Below are positions 24,873-37,500 of a stretch of DNA of 64,000 nucleotides, one piece after another; the stretch's first letter is position 1; every line of letters starts with the position of its first letter. Source of the stretch: Lama guanicoe. Its lineage: Eukaryota. The notes under the pieces were generated by a model. The model searched no databases. It worked only from the letters and a program-made list of their open reading frames with translations, and was not told the DNA's origin. The stretch lies in the NCBI GenBank assembly GCA_013239625.1, contig MU053758.1, forward strand, positions 1,054,001 through 1,118,000. The letters are read 5' to 3'. The translations under genes and the position numbers were made by a program.

Positions 24873-26048
24873 TGAGAAGATTAATCTAGTGATGGTGCAT
24901 AGAATGAATCAATAGGAGAGAGACTGGAGACCAAGGAGCCGGTAAAGTAGGACCTGGACCAGAATGGAGAGGAAAGAGTAAATGTGAAAAATGTGAAAAA
25001 GTTTGGTAACTGACTGGCTGTTAGAAAGACAGACAGGGAGAAGGAGATTCATTAAGCACTAAGCTCTAAGGCTTTGGATATGGGCGCAGGGGAGCAAATC
25101 GACAGAAACATTGTTTGGTCAGCATTACCTTGAATTCTGGTTGGAGCCCAAGTTGCCTTAATTCAGCAGATCACTGTACAGCCTGCTGCCAAGGGCTCAT
25201 TGATGTGCTTTTCATATTTACTGCGTGTCCATTATGGAGTGAGTAGGTGGGAAGTCAGTGTTATCCATCCTCCATCAGTGTGACATGTGTTTTGAGTTGT
25301 TGGGAATTGATTACCCTGTACATCTTCGTTTGCCCACCTACCTCCCTCATGACTGACCTTAGAGGTTAAGGGTTCATCCTCTGGCAAGTATAAATAGCCC
25401 TTTTGGGGGGCAAAGCCTGGGGCTCAGCTACAGCAGACCAGTACTTTTAACAAATGGGCCAGGAAGAATGTGTGGACCCTGTTCTCTGGGAGCTGCAACT
25501 CTAAAGTTGTGTGCAGTTTGACTATCAAATCATGAGGCAAATTTATAAGCAAACGCTCTAGGAGTCATTCCTCTCTTTGAGGCTGTTCCCTCCAAAGTCA
25601 TCTCACCAGGTGGCTACACTTGTTACAAATGCTTCCATTGCTTAAAACATTTGCAAAAGGCTTCATGGGAATTACCTTCAGAGTCTGCGGCACATTTGTT
25701 TTGCTGTCCTCAGAGGTACTAGATCTTCATCCTTGGAAGGTGGGATGCTTTGTTTTTCTTAGGTTGGCATTTTTCGAAAAAGTTTCCAAACTGCTTTTAG
25801 CAAAGTGTTGAAATAAAACCACAGCCTCCTATAAAGAGCTTGACTACTGAATGCCATGCGGGATCCTAGACTGGCTCTTCAACTGGGGGTGGAGGGAGGT
25901 GGGGGTGGAAATAGCTATAAAGGACATTACAGAGAAAGCTGCTGGAATTTGAATATGGAGTGTGAATTACATAATAGTCTTGCAGCAATGTGAAATTTCT
26001 GGATTTTGATAACTATACTGAGGTTGTTTGTATAAGAGAATGCCTTTG

Positions 26049-26300
26049 AGGGGGGTGGGAAGGGATAGACTAGGAGTTCGAAATTTGTAGATACTGACAG
26101 GCGTATGTAGAATAGATAAACAAGATTATACTGCACAGCACAGGGAAATATATACAAGATCTTGTGGTAGCTCACAGCGAAAAAGAATGCGACAATAATA
26201 TATGCATGTTCATGTATAACTGAAAAATTGTGCTCTACACTGGAAATTGACACAACATTGTAAACTGACTATAACTCAATAAAAAAATGTTAAAAAAAAA
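26049..26300 (+). mobile_element. Young 5'-truncated LINE1 nested in an older L1M 3' fragment (~25810-26540)
   Basis: Perfect 15-bp TSD AAGAGAATGCCTTTG (26034-26048 and 26301-26315), plus AATAAA and a poly-A tail. Confidence 0.88.
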
Positions 26301-26639
26301 AAGAGAATGCCTTTGTTCTAAGGACATACATACTTAAGTATTTAGGGGTAAAGGACATGGGGTCTCCAACTTACTCTCAAAAAGCTCAGAAAAAATATGC
26401 ATTTGTAAACATGTGGATAGAAAGGATAAAGCAAATGGAGGTAAATGTAAACAGTGAATGAATCTGGATAAAGGGCAAATGGGAGTTCTTTGTACTATTT
26501 TTGATACTTTTCTCTATTTGAAATTTACCAAAATTAAAGCCAAAAAACCAACTTTATCCTCCATTTGAAGGAGAGACTCATTTAGACATTGATCCTTTCA
26601 AAATAGTCCTCTTAGGAGGCACACTTCTTCCAGCTTTAT

Positions 26640-27775
26640 GGGAAATTGGATGAAGATATGAAAGACAAGCTCATCAGATCTGTGGAGGATACAGGACTGG
26701 TTAATATCCTGGGTGACAGGCTCAGGGTCTTAGACCTCAGTAGGATGGAAACCCTGGCCCAAATTGAACCTAGTTTAACATGGTAATGTTCCATCAGTGT
26801 TAGTTAAATTGAACTGAGTCGGGTGAAATTTAAAAGGATTAAATGAAGTGGGGGTGAGTAGAGAGGTAGAGTGATACCCAAGGTCCTGGATTCAATCCCC
26901 AGTACCTCCATTAAAATAAATAAATATGAAAAGGAATATATGTATGTATATGTATGGGTGGAACATTGTGCTGTGCACCAGAAACTGACATATTGTAACT
27001 GACTATACTTCAATAAATAAATAAATAAATAAATAAATAAACAAACCTAATTACCTCCTCCCCCAAAATAAGATTAAAAGGGTTAAATAAGTTATATGTT
27101 TATCACTAAAAGCATTAACTCAGTAGAGATGGGGATGACATAGCCCAAAGGGTGGCATTTACCAAAACAAACAAGTTTAGTTGACTGCAACCTCAATATG
27201 CTGATATGTGACAGAGGCTCCTATGATCTGTGGTCGCCATAAAAAGTTGTAGATTCTGAGCTGCATTAATGAAAAATACAATATCTAGATTAAGGGAGGT
27301 AATAGTATTTCTCTGTCATGTGCCCATTGGACTTAATCTAGAGCATTCAGTTTAGGCCTGTGGCAGTATTTATAAATAACTTGCTAATGAAAAGGGGTAG
27401 ACAGAGAAAGAGAATAGTGAGATTTTGAAATGAGAGCATTTGAGGAATAGCTGAAGGAACTGAGGTTCCTATCAGTTGCCTTCTAGACATTGGATTGGCA
27501 CTGAACTGAGGAGGAAAAGTTTACATGTTCCCCATTACTTCACAAGATTAAAATAGGACAGAAGGATGGGGATTACAGGGAGACTTAATATGAGAAAGAA
27601 TTGTCTAAACGTTACAATAGTCTGAAAATGGAAAAGGATTACCTTGTGAGGTAGTGAGTTCCCTGTCGTTGGAAGTATTCAAAGACATATTATAGCTACT
27701 GTAATAAGAATTCTTGCAACAGGAAGGACTCTGGGTTAGACAGACCTCTGTAGTACTTTGAACTCTGAAATTCTA
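26640..27775 (+). mobile_element. Highly decayed CR1/L3 LINE remnant, interrupted by a SINE
   Basis: L3-like 3' motif CCTTGTGAGGTAGTGAGTTCCCTGTCGTTGGAAGTATTCAA; boundaries approximate. Confidence 0.5.
26849..27070 (+). mobile_element. Vic-1-like SINE carrying an internal L1 3'-end insertion (~26926-27040)
   Basis: SINE core AAGGTCCTGGATTCAATCCCCAGTACCTCCATT, then L1 tail CACCAGAAACTGACA...GACTATACTTCAAT(AAAT)n, then SINE tail AAACCTAATTACCTCC. Confidence 0.75.
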
Positions 27776-30700
27776 GGGAATCATGTGTCTGTTTAGAAAA
27801 AAACAATCCACCAACCTCATTACTCTGTGGTCTTTATTATACCATGTTTACATAATCTGCCTACAAACCCACTGTTTGTATAAGGCTTGGGAAGCTTGGA
27901 TAAGGAACCTCCACATTCTGAGTTCTGCTTCTCTACCCCTGCCTCTATTCCAGTCCCCCATCTGTGCCTTGGTTGCCTCTGCCCAGAATTTTTCATGTCT
28001 GCCTACAGAATGGAACTTCCCTTGAGAGATCTGTAACGAAATTTTAGGTGATGTACCAGTCTCCCTACTGTGGCTGACTCTAACCCGTATTTCCAATTGC
28101 TTTCAGAGTACAAATCCTACATTTCAGGAGTTTAGTTGGGATCCCAGGACTCCTGCTTCAGGTGGCAGAAAACAGGTAGAGGTGTGTGAGTTCTAAACCC
28201 CAAGTGACCCTAACCCTTGCGGATGGATTGCACATCTTAAAACCAAAGGAAGGTAAAAAACAGAGATAAGAAATAGGCTCCCCTTCTCTGCTGCAGTCTC
28301 CCCCCAATTCTTTTTTGTTTTAATCACAGGAAGAATGATTAGTCAGCTGAGGAAGGACGGGGGAAGAAAGCAGATGAGTTTTATCTGGCTGGGGTCTGCC
28401 TGAACCGCAGCCATGTGACTACCTGGCTGACCTGGGGTCTCCATCATGTCCCTGCCTGTCCACAAGACAGATCAGGCTGCCCTTCCTCCGCCCTCCCCGC
28501 CTCATTCCAGGAGAGGGTTGCTAGGATAATTATAGCCTACTGGTTTCTCTCTCTCCTTCTCTCCTACTCCTTCGGGTCCTAGAAATTTTTTACTTTCTTA
28601 GGAGACTGAAAAACTTCAACACAGTGGCAAATTAGAATCTGGAAATTTCCCTCCGCAGACATAGTGAGGTTAGATTCTCAAAAATCATCCCTAATTTTCA
28701 CCCAAAGTTAACTGGGAACCTAATTGCTTTGCCCTTCATTTCAGCAACACAGAGCCTTTCCCCCAATATTCAGGTTCCCCCTGGTATCCACAAAGCTGCC
28801 CCCCTCACAGGGGCCATCTCTCTTACTCAGCACTGGAGTTAACAGACCTGGGTTTGAATCCTTGTTCTATCCATTGCAAGCTTGGTGACCTTGGGCAAGT
28901 TGTAAAATCTCTCAGAGCATCAATTATACCACTTGTAAAATGGGAATAAGTATACCTACTTCACAGAATTTTTGTAAAGATTCGACCAAATAATATACAT
29001 AAAGCTCTGAGCCAGTGACTGGCTAAATCCTCCAGCTGACATTTGTCTGCGTTAAGTGGACGAAACAAAAGGAGATGGTAACGGGTAGGAAAACCAACCA
29101 GGAGGGAGACTCAAAGAAGAGACTTTGAAAGGGATGGATTCACTTAATTGCTGAAGGGATAGCCGAGCAAGAGAAAGAAGCTTGGGAGAAGGAACAGAAA
29201 AAGAGGGCTCACGGAGACTGGCCTGCAGAGAAGGGGAGAAAGTTGGAATGAACACAGCAAGACAGAGCAGGGGAAAGGGACGCACAAAAAGATGGGAAAG
29301 GAAGATGGAATGACAAAGATCAGGAAAAAACCCAGCTGGTGTAAGCCAGACAAGAGGTGCTGGAGAAGATAGAAGGAAAAGAGAAAACTGAAGGGGGGAA
29401 TCAAAATGAGATGGGGAAGCAGGGGCAGGACAGACAGACTGAGAGCGAGGGGAGAAAACATGAGACGGACAGACAGATGGCAGGGACGAGAGGGTGCCCT
29501 GGGTTGCCTGCATTCTGCTGTGTTTACCAGCTAATTGAGTTAAATTGTTGTCAGAGATGTAATTAAAGGGTAGAGAGAGCTCTCTGGCAGGCCCGAAACA
29601 GATGGAGGGGGCTTTAATTGGTAATTAAATTCTTCCCTGGCAGCTGAGGAAGGAGCCTGTGCTTCAGCCTCACAAGGCCACGGGTGGCCTTCCCCCCTCT
29701 CCTGGCCCCTTTCTGGGGCTCTTTGGGGAGGGGGCTGGGCTCTGCACACCAGCAGCCTGGCAGGAGGGGAGGCCTGGTAACTGCAGGAGAATGCCAAACC
29801 ACCCTTCTTCCCGCCTGGGCTGCCTCAGATCCCACGGGCTCATCCAAGCAAACCCACCCCCGAGCCTGCCCCTCCTGACCTCCCTGCTCCGACCCACCAA
29901 ACTAACACTGACCAGTGAATTCCTTCGTGGCCCCTATTGCTTCACTAAGATCTCAGGGAAAAATAATGGGCTCTGGCCCCTCGTGCAGGCAGATCGGCTT
30001 GGGAAGGGTTAGTTGGTTTAGTCAGGGACCCAGGCGGACCCGTCTGTTGGCATGGCTCCCATGCCCCCTCCCCACCACCCTCCTTCCAGGAGGCACTATG
30101 CAAAGATGCTATTCTGCCTGGCATATCATTGTCTGACGCTGACTCTGCGCCCATCCGCACCTCCCCTGCCTCGCCCCCACCTCCCCAGCTCCTCAGCAGC
30201 AAATAAGACAGGATGGGATCAGCAGCCTTGATAGGCAGATTGGTTAGACTTTCTAAGATGTGAGCATTTAGACTAATCAGCTTTCAACTCCAAATCTCAG
30301 TCTGACCTGCATTTCATTGGAGAAGGACCCTGGGGATGGCAGATTTCCCTGAAACCCACATGTTCTCGATGTGTTCCACTTCAAAGAAAGAGATGAGTAA
30401 AAGGGAGCAAAGAGGCAAGGCTTTTAAAAAGAAAGCTGAAAGGGAAGTTAGGCAGAAATAAAATCCAAGGCAGACAATGTGGAATTATTGTAAAATGCAT
30501 GGCTGACTGTGAGCGGGTAATACAGTGCCGCTCTTACAAAAGCCAGCTCCGAGCCGGATGCATAAATAAAGAACCTAGGGGTCAGTCTCTCATTATAGCT
30601 CAGCTGATGAGACAAAAGTTCTTTGTCTTGCTCTGGACTCCATGGAGCCCAGAGAGTCATGGAGGAGCTTTGGAGAGGTTTCTGGGAGGCGCCATAGAAA

Positions 30701-32367
30701 TGACGGAAAGGTTCAGCTGTATGGTTCTTGGAGGCCTGTGCTGCTGTCCTACCTTCAGTCCCGCACATGCTGTTCTCTGCCAGGAACTATGCTCCCCAAA
30801 CTTCCATCCTCCTTCCCAGACTATCCTAAGGCCACAGCCCCTCTCATTTCTTCAGGATGCTCTCCTCCACCCCCTCTCCCCAGACCCAACATCCCCTACC
30901 CCGCATCCCAACATTGTTAGTTTAATTCTGACTCCCTCACAAGGCTGTAAGCTCAAAGACCAAGGATCAAGTCCATTTCACTCATCACTGTCTCCCCAGC
31001 ACCAAACATAGGACTTGGCATTTAGTAGGTGCTGAATTAATTTTTGAGGAATGAAGAAATAAATCCAGAACATTTTGCATGCAGGCCAACTCCAAAAGTC
31101 ATCAGTAAAGCTGTTATACAGATGAGAGAGCTAGAAACACAGTGAAGATTTAGGTTAGCTGTAGGGAAGAACCTTTAAAATCTTTCTGTATTTGCTAAGG
31201 GAAAATGAGGAAATCTCCTTTAGAAATAGAAAGACACAAAGTCTAATAGATGCTCAGCACTGATTGCAGCCTTCTGTCTCCACTGCAGGCAGCCAAGAGA
31301 GTGACCCTCTGGAGAGTGAAGCAAACACCAGAACCTCTCCCCCGCTGGAGACTTTTAAATCAGTAAGCCTAGGGGCAAGGGTAAGAAACTGTATTTTAAA
31401 AGTCTTCCCAGGTAGATTGGTAGATTTAGAAACCACTAGATTAAATGCCAGGATTCCTTCAGCTACAAACATTTGTTTTTCTTTTCTTTTGCTTTTACCT
31501 TCTCTGCCCCCGCAAGAATGAATCAGTCTGGCTGATTCCAAGAGGCCTGAAAGAAAGCAAGCTTTGGGAATATTACTTCTGCATTCTTCACAGAGCCTCG
31601 GCAAATGCAGGCGTGAAGCCTGCTGGTCAAGTGGGCCCCTCTCACCACAGGCTGAATGAGGCTCGGGTCCCTGCTGAACACCCTCTACTTGCCCCATTGG
31701 AAAGACCAAATTTTAAATGAATATGATTGTGATGTTTAATTGAGCAGCCCCATTCCACAAAATGGTAGTGAAATGCAAAACTTGTCAAGATCAGGACAGC
31801 AGGAGCCAAGGGTTGAGACCCATTTGAATTCTGGTCTCCACCTCTCCTGGTTGGCAGCCCCCAAAGGCTCCAGCTCTCCCTGCACCTGGATGCACCCAAG
31901 TGGCATGTCACTTCCTTTCACCCAGGAGGTCAGGGGAACAGCGGTGGGGAGATGAGGCAGGGAGAGGGGATGGGTGCCGTGCCCTCCCCTATAGCAGTCT
32001 CATCCTGCAGCCTCCCAGTGCGAGATCTGGTGCCAGACTGCTCCAGAGGCCACCAAAGGCCTAGGACCTGCAGGGTTAAGCGATTCCAGGAGTGGCTTCC
32101 TGACTCGTCAAGGCTGACTTGCCCAAACAGTCAGGTCGTGATTAGCCAAATACAGTCCTAAAACCCAAACCTCTTTATCTTCATTCTCCCTCTGTGACCT
32201 GTTACTTCTACCTGCAGAATTTAGAGCTGGAACAAATCTCAGCCTTCTGGTATGACAGTTTTTTCAAGTACCAGATTAGGGCAAAGTTTGGTGGGGACAG
32301 AGTACTTCGGCTTCAGCCAAAGCAGTTCTTCTTTTCTCTGTTTTAATACCTAATATCTTAGAATTCT

Positions 32368-32580
32368 AGCGTGTTGGTAAAAGTTTAACAGCCGGCTCTC
32401 ACTGGGGTGGGATGGAGAAGCTCCAGTTTGTAGCATTTGTCAGTTTCTGTGGTGTAAATACTCCCACCAAAGCCCGTTTCAAGCTACTAACTGGAAGTCA
32501 CCTAATGCAAAGTTGGGAAATGCACATAACAGGTTGGGGAGCTCTTGGGAGCCAGTTCAAGTCAGCAAGTCACAGCACAA
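32368..32580 (-). mobile_element. MER63-like hAT DNA transposon fossil
   Basis: TTTGTAGCATTTGTCAGTTTCTGTGGTGTAAATACTCCCACC...TTTCAAGCTAC resembles the recalled MER63 consensus. Confidence 0.6.
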
Positions 32581-34451
32581 GCTCTGGTCCTTCTATTCAA
32601 AAAAGTGTGAACACCATTGTCTAGCAAAACTTTTTAAAGATGAGGTGATTGAGGCCCAGAAATATTCAAGGAGTTGCTGAGGGTCATACAGCTAACCAGG
32701 ATCCGAATCCAAGCCTCCTGATGTGGCACCACAAGTCCCACGCAGCCTGAACTACGCAGCTGGGAGGGAAACCAGAAATCATCACAGGCAGCACCAAGGC
32801 ACTGTGGCTCTCGGGACGGAAAATGTCAAAATAGTGGCCAGAGGGTTTTGCGGCCAACCTTTGCTGGGTACCCAGCAAAGACTAAACTTCTTCTTAGTCT
32901 TCATGGAGGTGGGGAAAAAAACACAAAATCAAAAGCCCCTCAAACTCAAAGAGCCCTATTTTCAACCAACCTCATTCACATCCTCAAGGGAATGAATTAC
33001 TCCTCACTCCTACCTGGGATGGCTGACGGGGGGCGCACCCTCACCCCCTTTCTCCAAGTCAGTCTACCTCCCACACCTGCTGAAAGCCCTTGGGCAACGT
33101 ATTGTATGTGGTGAGGGAGGTGGGGGAGAAACTGGGGGAGAACTGGCCCTTTCAGACAAGCCCGGGGATGAGGATTTTAGCAGCTGCTTTATGTTCTTAC
33201 TGGGTAAGAAGCACGGAAGGAGTGGTGCGAGGCCACGCAAAGGGACTTGGTCTTCTAGAACCCGGGTTCCAGCTCTGGCTCTGCTACTCATTTGGGTGGG
33301 TCTCTACGCCTCTCTAGGTGTCAGTTTCCCCGTCTGTATGATGAACGGTTAGAATCAACGCTTTCTAGCATTTTTTTCTTTTAAAATTCCATGAATCACT
33401 AAGGGGAAAACGTGTAGGAGACCACTCAATAGTGCTGCTTCTCCTCCCCTCCCCATTGTCCCACTCTTTTGCTTGCTTCAAAAGGGCCCTTTCCTTGTAC
33501 ACCTGAAGATGCTCCCCACTCTATAGACAACACCCCACAAAGGCTCCCTCCTGCCGATATCCCTGTATATGGATAGGAGTTGTGAAGTCTCCCAGGATTG
33601 CCTTGGGGCCGCCCGGCCAGGCAGCTGGTCTCCTGTTTCCTAGCGATTCTTTGTGTCTGTGTTTCTTCCTGAGGAGCTGGGGTCACGGTGCCAAGGAGAA
33701 GGAATGAAAGGTGGAGGGATCATCTTTTTTCCCAGCCTCTGCCCGTCTCTCCAGCTCCCGTCTGGTTGCCAGTGGAGGTGGAGGGAGGGTGGGGGGAGGT
33801 GGCAACAGAATCCTGTGGCCCTCAAGCCTGTCCTGCAGCTTCCCACTCCACTGTTCCCTCCACTGAAGGAACATGAGTCACACCCCGCAAGGGCCCCTTA
33901 TCGCCAACCTGGCCCTGCTGCTGCCCGATAGAGCCCAGCCCTCCCCCACCAGATCTCATTAAGGGGTCGCCGCTTATGCTTCCCAGCCGCCCCCCATCCA
34001 TCTTTGGCCACGGTTGACAGACTGGGCCTGGGGGCTGATGTCCGGCAGGTGACAGGGTTAATGGCAGAAGAGGGCAGAGGGCAGAGGCCAGCTAACTCAC
34101 AGTGGCGGGAGGGCAGACTGGGGAGGCCTTGCGTCCATTCCAGCTGGGCAGCCCCTCAAATTACAGCACCTGGGGGAGGGATGAGTCCTGGACCCATCCA
34201 TTCCCAGGGAAGCAAGGTGGGCAGTGTCGGCCATCTTGGGAGCAGATGGTGGGAGGAGAGACTGTTAGCCTGAGAGTAAAGGATAGTAGAGGAGGAATAA
34301 AGAAGCTTAGAAGGAGGAGAAGGGCTGGAAAAAGAAGGAAAAGAGTCCCTACCTATTTGGCTCAGTGAAAAAAATTGCCTCTTGGATCCCTGGATTGGCA
34401 AGAAACACATATTTTGCTGATATGAATGAAGTCAGGTATGTGTTCTGTAGT

Positions 34452-34528
34452 GGCTGCCTGTGACCCACTCCGTTTTCCCTCCCGGCTGCCTGTGACCCAC
34501 TCCGTTTTCCCTCCTAGCTGCCTGTGAC
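34452..34528. repeat. 32-bp tandem duplication (2.4 copies)
   Basis: GGCTGCCTGTGACCCACTCCGTTTTCCCTCC(C/T) twice, then AGCTGCCTGTGAC. Confidence 0.95.
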
Positions 34529-37500
34529 AGTGGCCCAGCACTGGTTAGCAGCGAGGTCCCAGAGTCAAACAACGTAAGTCCAAATCTTGTTTAGATCCTC
34601 CCTGTATGAGCCCGGGTAAGTTACTCAACCTCTCTGAGCCTGATTTTCTCCTTCTATGCAAAGTAGATCTAGTAGTACCAGCTCCTTTTGGGATGAAAGG
34701 ACATGATGCATGGGAAACACAGGAACTGGTCCACCAGGAGTGTTCACAAAGTTTTAGCTGCTCTTGATAGCAGACGTATTGTTACAGTATTGCTATCACC
34801 TCTGCAGCCTCTCCCCCATCCCCAGGCTTTTTGCAGTCCTCTACCTTGGGACCTCTCCTCATTTGACCTCCTACATGCCCAAGATCACCTCCTGGCCTGC
34901 TCTACTCACTCCCAGGAGCTGCTGAATGCTGCTTTGGGGGCAGCTGCCCCCTCCACAGCTCCCAGAGGAGAGGCCCCACTGTGGCAAGGGTTAGTCGCTC
35001 TGGGCCTTTGAAGCCCAAGGAGGGGAGGGGCTGCCCTGAGCTCCTGACCTGGGGGGGCAGGCTCAGCCCCCCACCTCCCACCGTGGGAGGAGAGCTGAGG
35101 AACAATGGGCAGTGGAAGGCTGGCTCCAACGCCTGCCAGCTGGCAGTCAGGCGAGGGGGTGGGATCGGGGTGGGAGCATGCCCTCCCCTCCCGAAAGCAC
35201 GCAGAAAGTCCTTCAGGAGAGCTGGCAGTGGCTGGGGTCTCCCCACAGGGCCCCGGATGTCGAGGGTATCCTATGGAGAGGAGGAGAGGGATTTTGCAAT
35301 GCCACCTCCTAGGCTGAAGTTGTCCAGCGCCTGCCCAGACCAGGCGCCTGGAGCCCCTCCTTAGTTCCAGCGGCCCCCTCAAGTGCACCCCGATCTCAGG
35401 GTGGGCAAAGAAACCAACCAGCACATCTCTGTCCTCCTTCCTAAGCCTGGATGGAGTGGCTCCCCCGTGCTGATAGCCTCCATTAGGCCCTCAATCTTGC
35501 GAGGATAATGCATGGCCTGGACTGGGCTGGGGGAGGAGGCCCCTCCGGCAGAGAGAGAGCCAGGAGGCCAGGCAGGGGCCTGAGCAGAATACTAAGCAGC
35601 TGGTCTTGGCCTGAAGCTGCCCCTCCTGGCTGGCAAACCTAGGCCAGGCCAGAAAGGGCGTGGGGGGGGCGTGGGGGGTAGTCTGTCCCCACTCTCCACA
35701 GCCCCTGGCCACCTCTGTGCCCTCATCCCAGCTCCACCAAGTCCCTGCTGTGGTTGAACTCCCAGGGCCTAAGGGTGGGGGGCTTCTCCCTGGGGGCCTC
35801 ACTTTCTCCAGGCTTCTCAGCTCTTTGTGGTGCCAGAGTCCTAGGTAGCAGGAAACTGCAGCATCTGCCCCGCTCAACTGGACCAGAGCCCTGAGCAGTG
35901 CAGAGCCTCTGAGGATGACCCAGCAAGGCCAGGATAAAAAATCCCTTGATAAGGGTGGGAAGACTCAGAACATGAGAATATCCTCCCCTTCCATTGCCTA
36001 TCTGCAACTGTCAAATGAAATCAACCCTCACACTTTCTTCCAAAGTGAGTATTGCTATGATGTGGCCTGCTCGTTGCTAAATTCAGTCTCCTGGGGATGT
36101 TGCCAGCTTCCTCTGGTTGTCCGTGCCTCCAGTCTCAGTTCATCCCACCCCAGCCTCTTCTCCTGCCTTCTGTTGAGGAAGACTTTCACACCACCACCTG
36201 TGCGCTTGACAGCGCCTTGCCACTCCCATGGGTGCTTCTGACTCTCCTCGCCCTGCCAGGAGGGAGGACAGGCATTACTGTCCCAGGAAGGCAGGGCAGC
36301 CGACCATTAAGGGCTTGGGCCTTAGACTCAGACAAACTGAGGTTGCAAACCAGCATTCCTGCTTTCCAACTGTGTGACCTCAGGCAAGCTTTTGAATTTC
36401 TGGGAGCTTGAGTGTCCTTATCTGCTAAATGGGTGTTAAACTAGTATTATCATATACGTCGATTATGAAGATTTGTTAAAAAAAAAAAGGTAATACTAAC
36501 CTAAAGCACTTAGCACAGCGCCTGGCACATTATAAATGCTTAAAATTTATAGGGAAAAAAGAATTTTTTAAAATCCCTATTTCATAGGTGAAGAAATGAA
36601 GTCCTGGATAGTGGGAGACTGGGCTTGATCCCAGATCAGAGGACAGTGCTCAAGTGAGGTCTCTGGACCCTCAGTCAAAGGCTCTCTCCACCACCACGCC
36701 CCGCCTGGGGGAGTTCTTTCCCACCCTCCTGCTGCACCCCTCAGCCACGCTCCCCAAGTTTCCCTGCTCCCAACACTGGGGCAGCAGGCCCCTGCTCCAA
36801 CCTCGTAATTCCCCCTGCATGGGAAAGGCTGATTCTTCCTTCTTGTCAGGACCCAGTGGAACTGTTTGCAATCATGGGAGCAGCCATCAGAATTCAAGGC
36901 CCATAATTCACCAGTGATCAGATGTAGGGGAGGTGCCGGGACAGTTATATTAATAACTGTGTCATTAAAAACTAGCAAGTGATATTCTCATAAAGCATGT
37001 GTTGGTTGAGATGGTTGGGTATGTTTATTTATTTATTTTTCCCTGCAGGAGCAAACAGGGCCACCGAGGGGGAACATTAAATTATCTCTTGAAATGATTC
37101 CAGTAATAAGTTGGACAGGTTAGGAGAGCTGTCAGGATCTCCCACCAAACCTCCTTCGACCTTTCTGAACTCCTATCTTTCATTTGGCCTTGTTTTATAA
37201 GGGGCCAATTACTCCCTTCTGGGTTAGCTGTGTCCCTTGTTTAGAGCTGCTGTCTATATAGGCAAAATATGCGTTTTTTTTTTTCATCAGCTGAGCAAGT
37301 GAGAGGGACTATATATTATCCCTTGCCAGAAATCAGAACATGCTGTGTGACATGGAAGAGAGGGGACTTGTAGGGCCAAAGGCTTAGAATATTTGAAATA
37401 AGCACTGTTCTGGAAAATCAGGTCCATGGAGACCTAATAATAGTAACATCAATAACTCTCATAACTAACATTTATGTAGCGTGGACGAGCTAGGTTCCCT

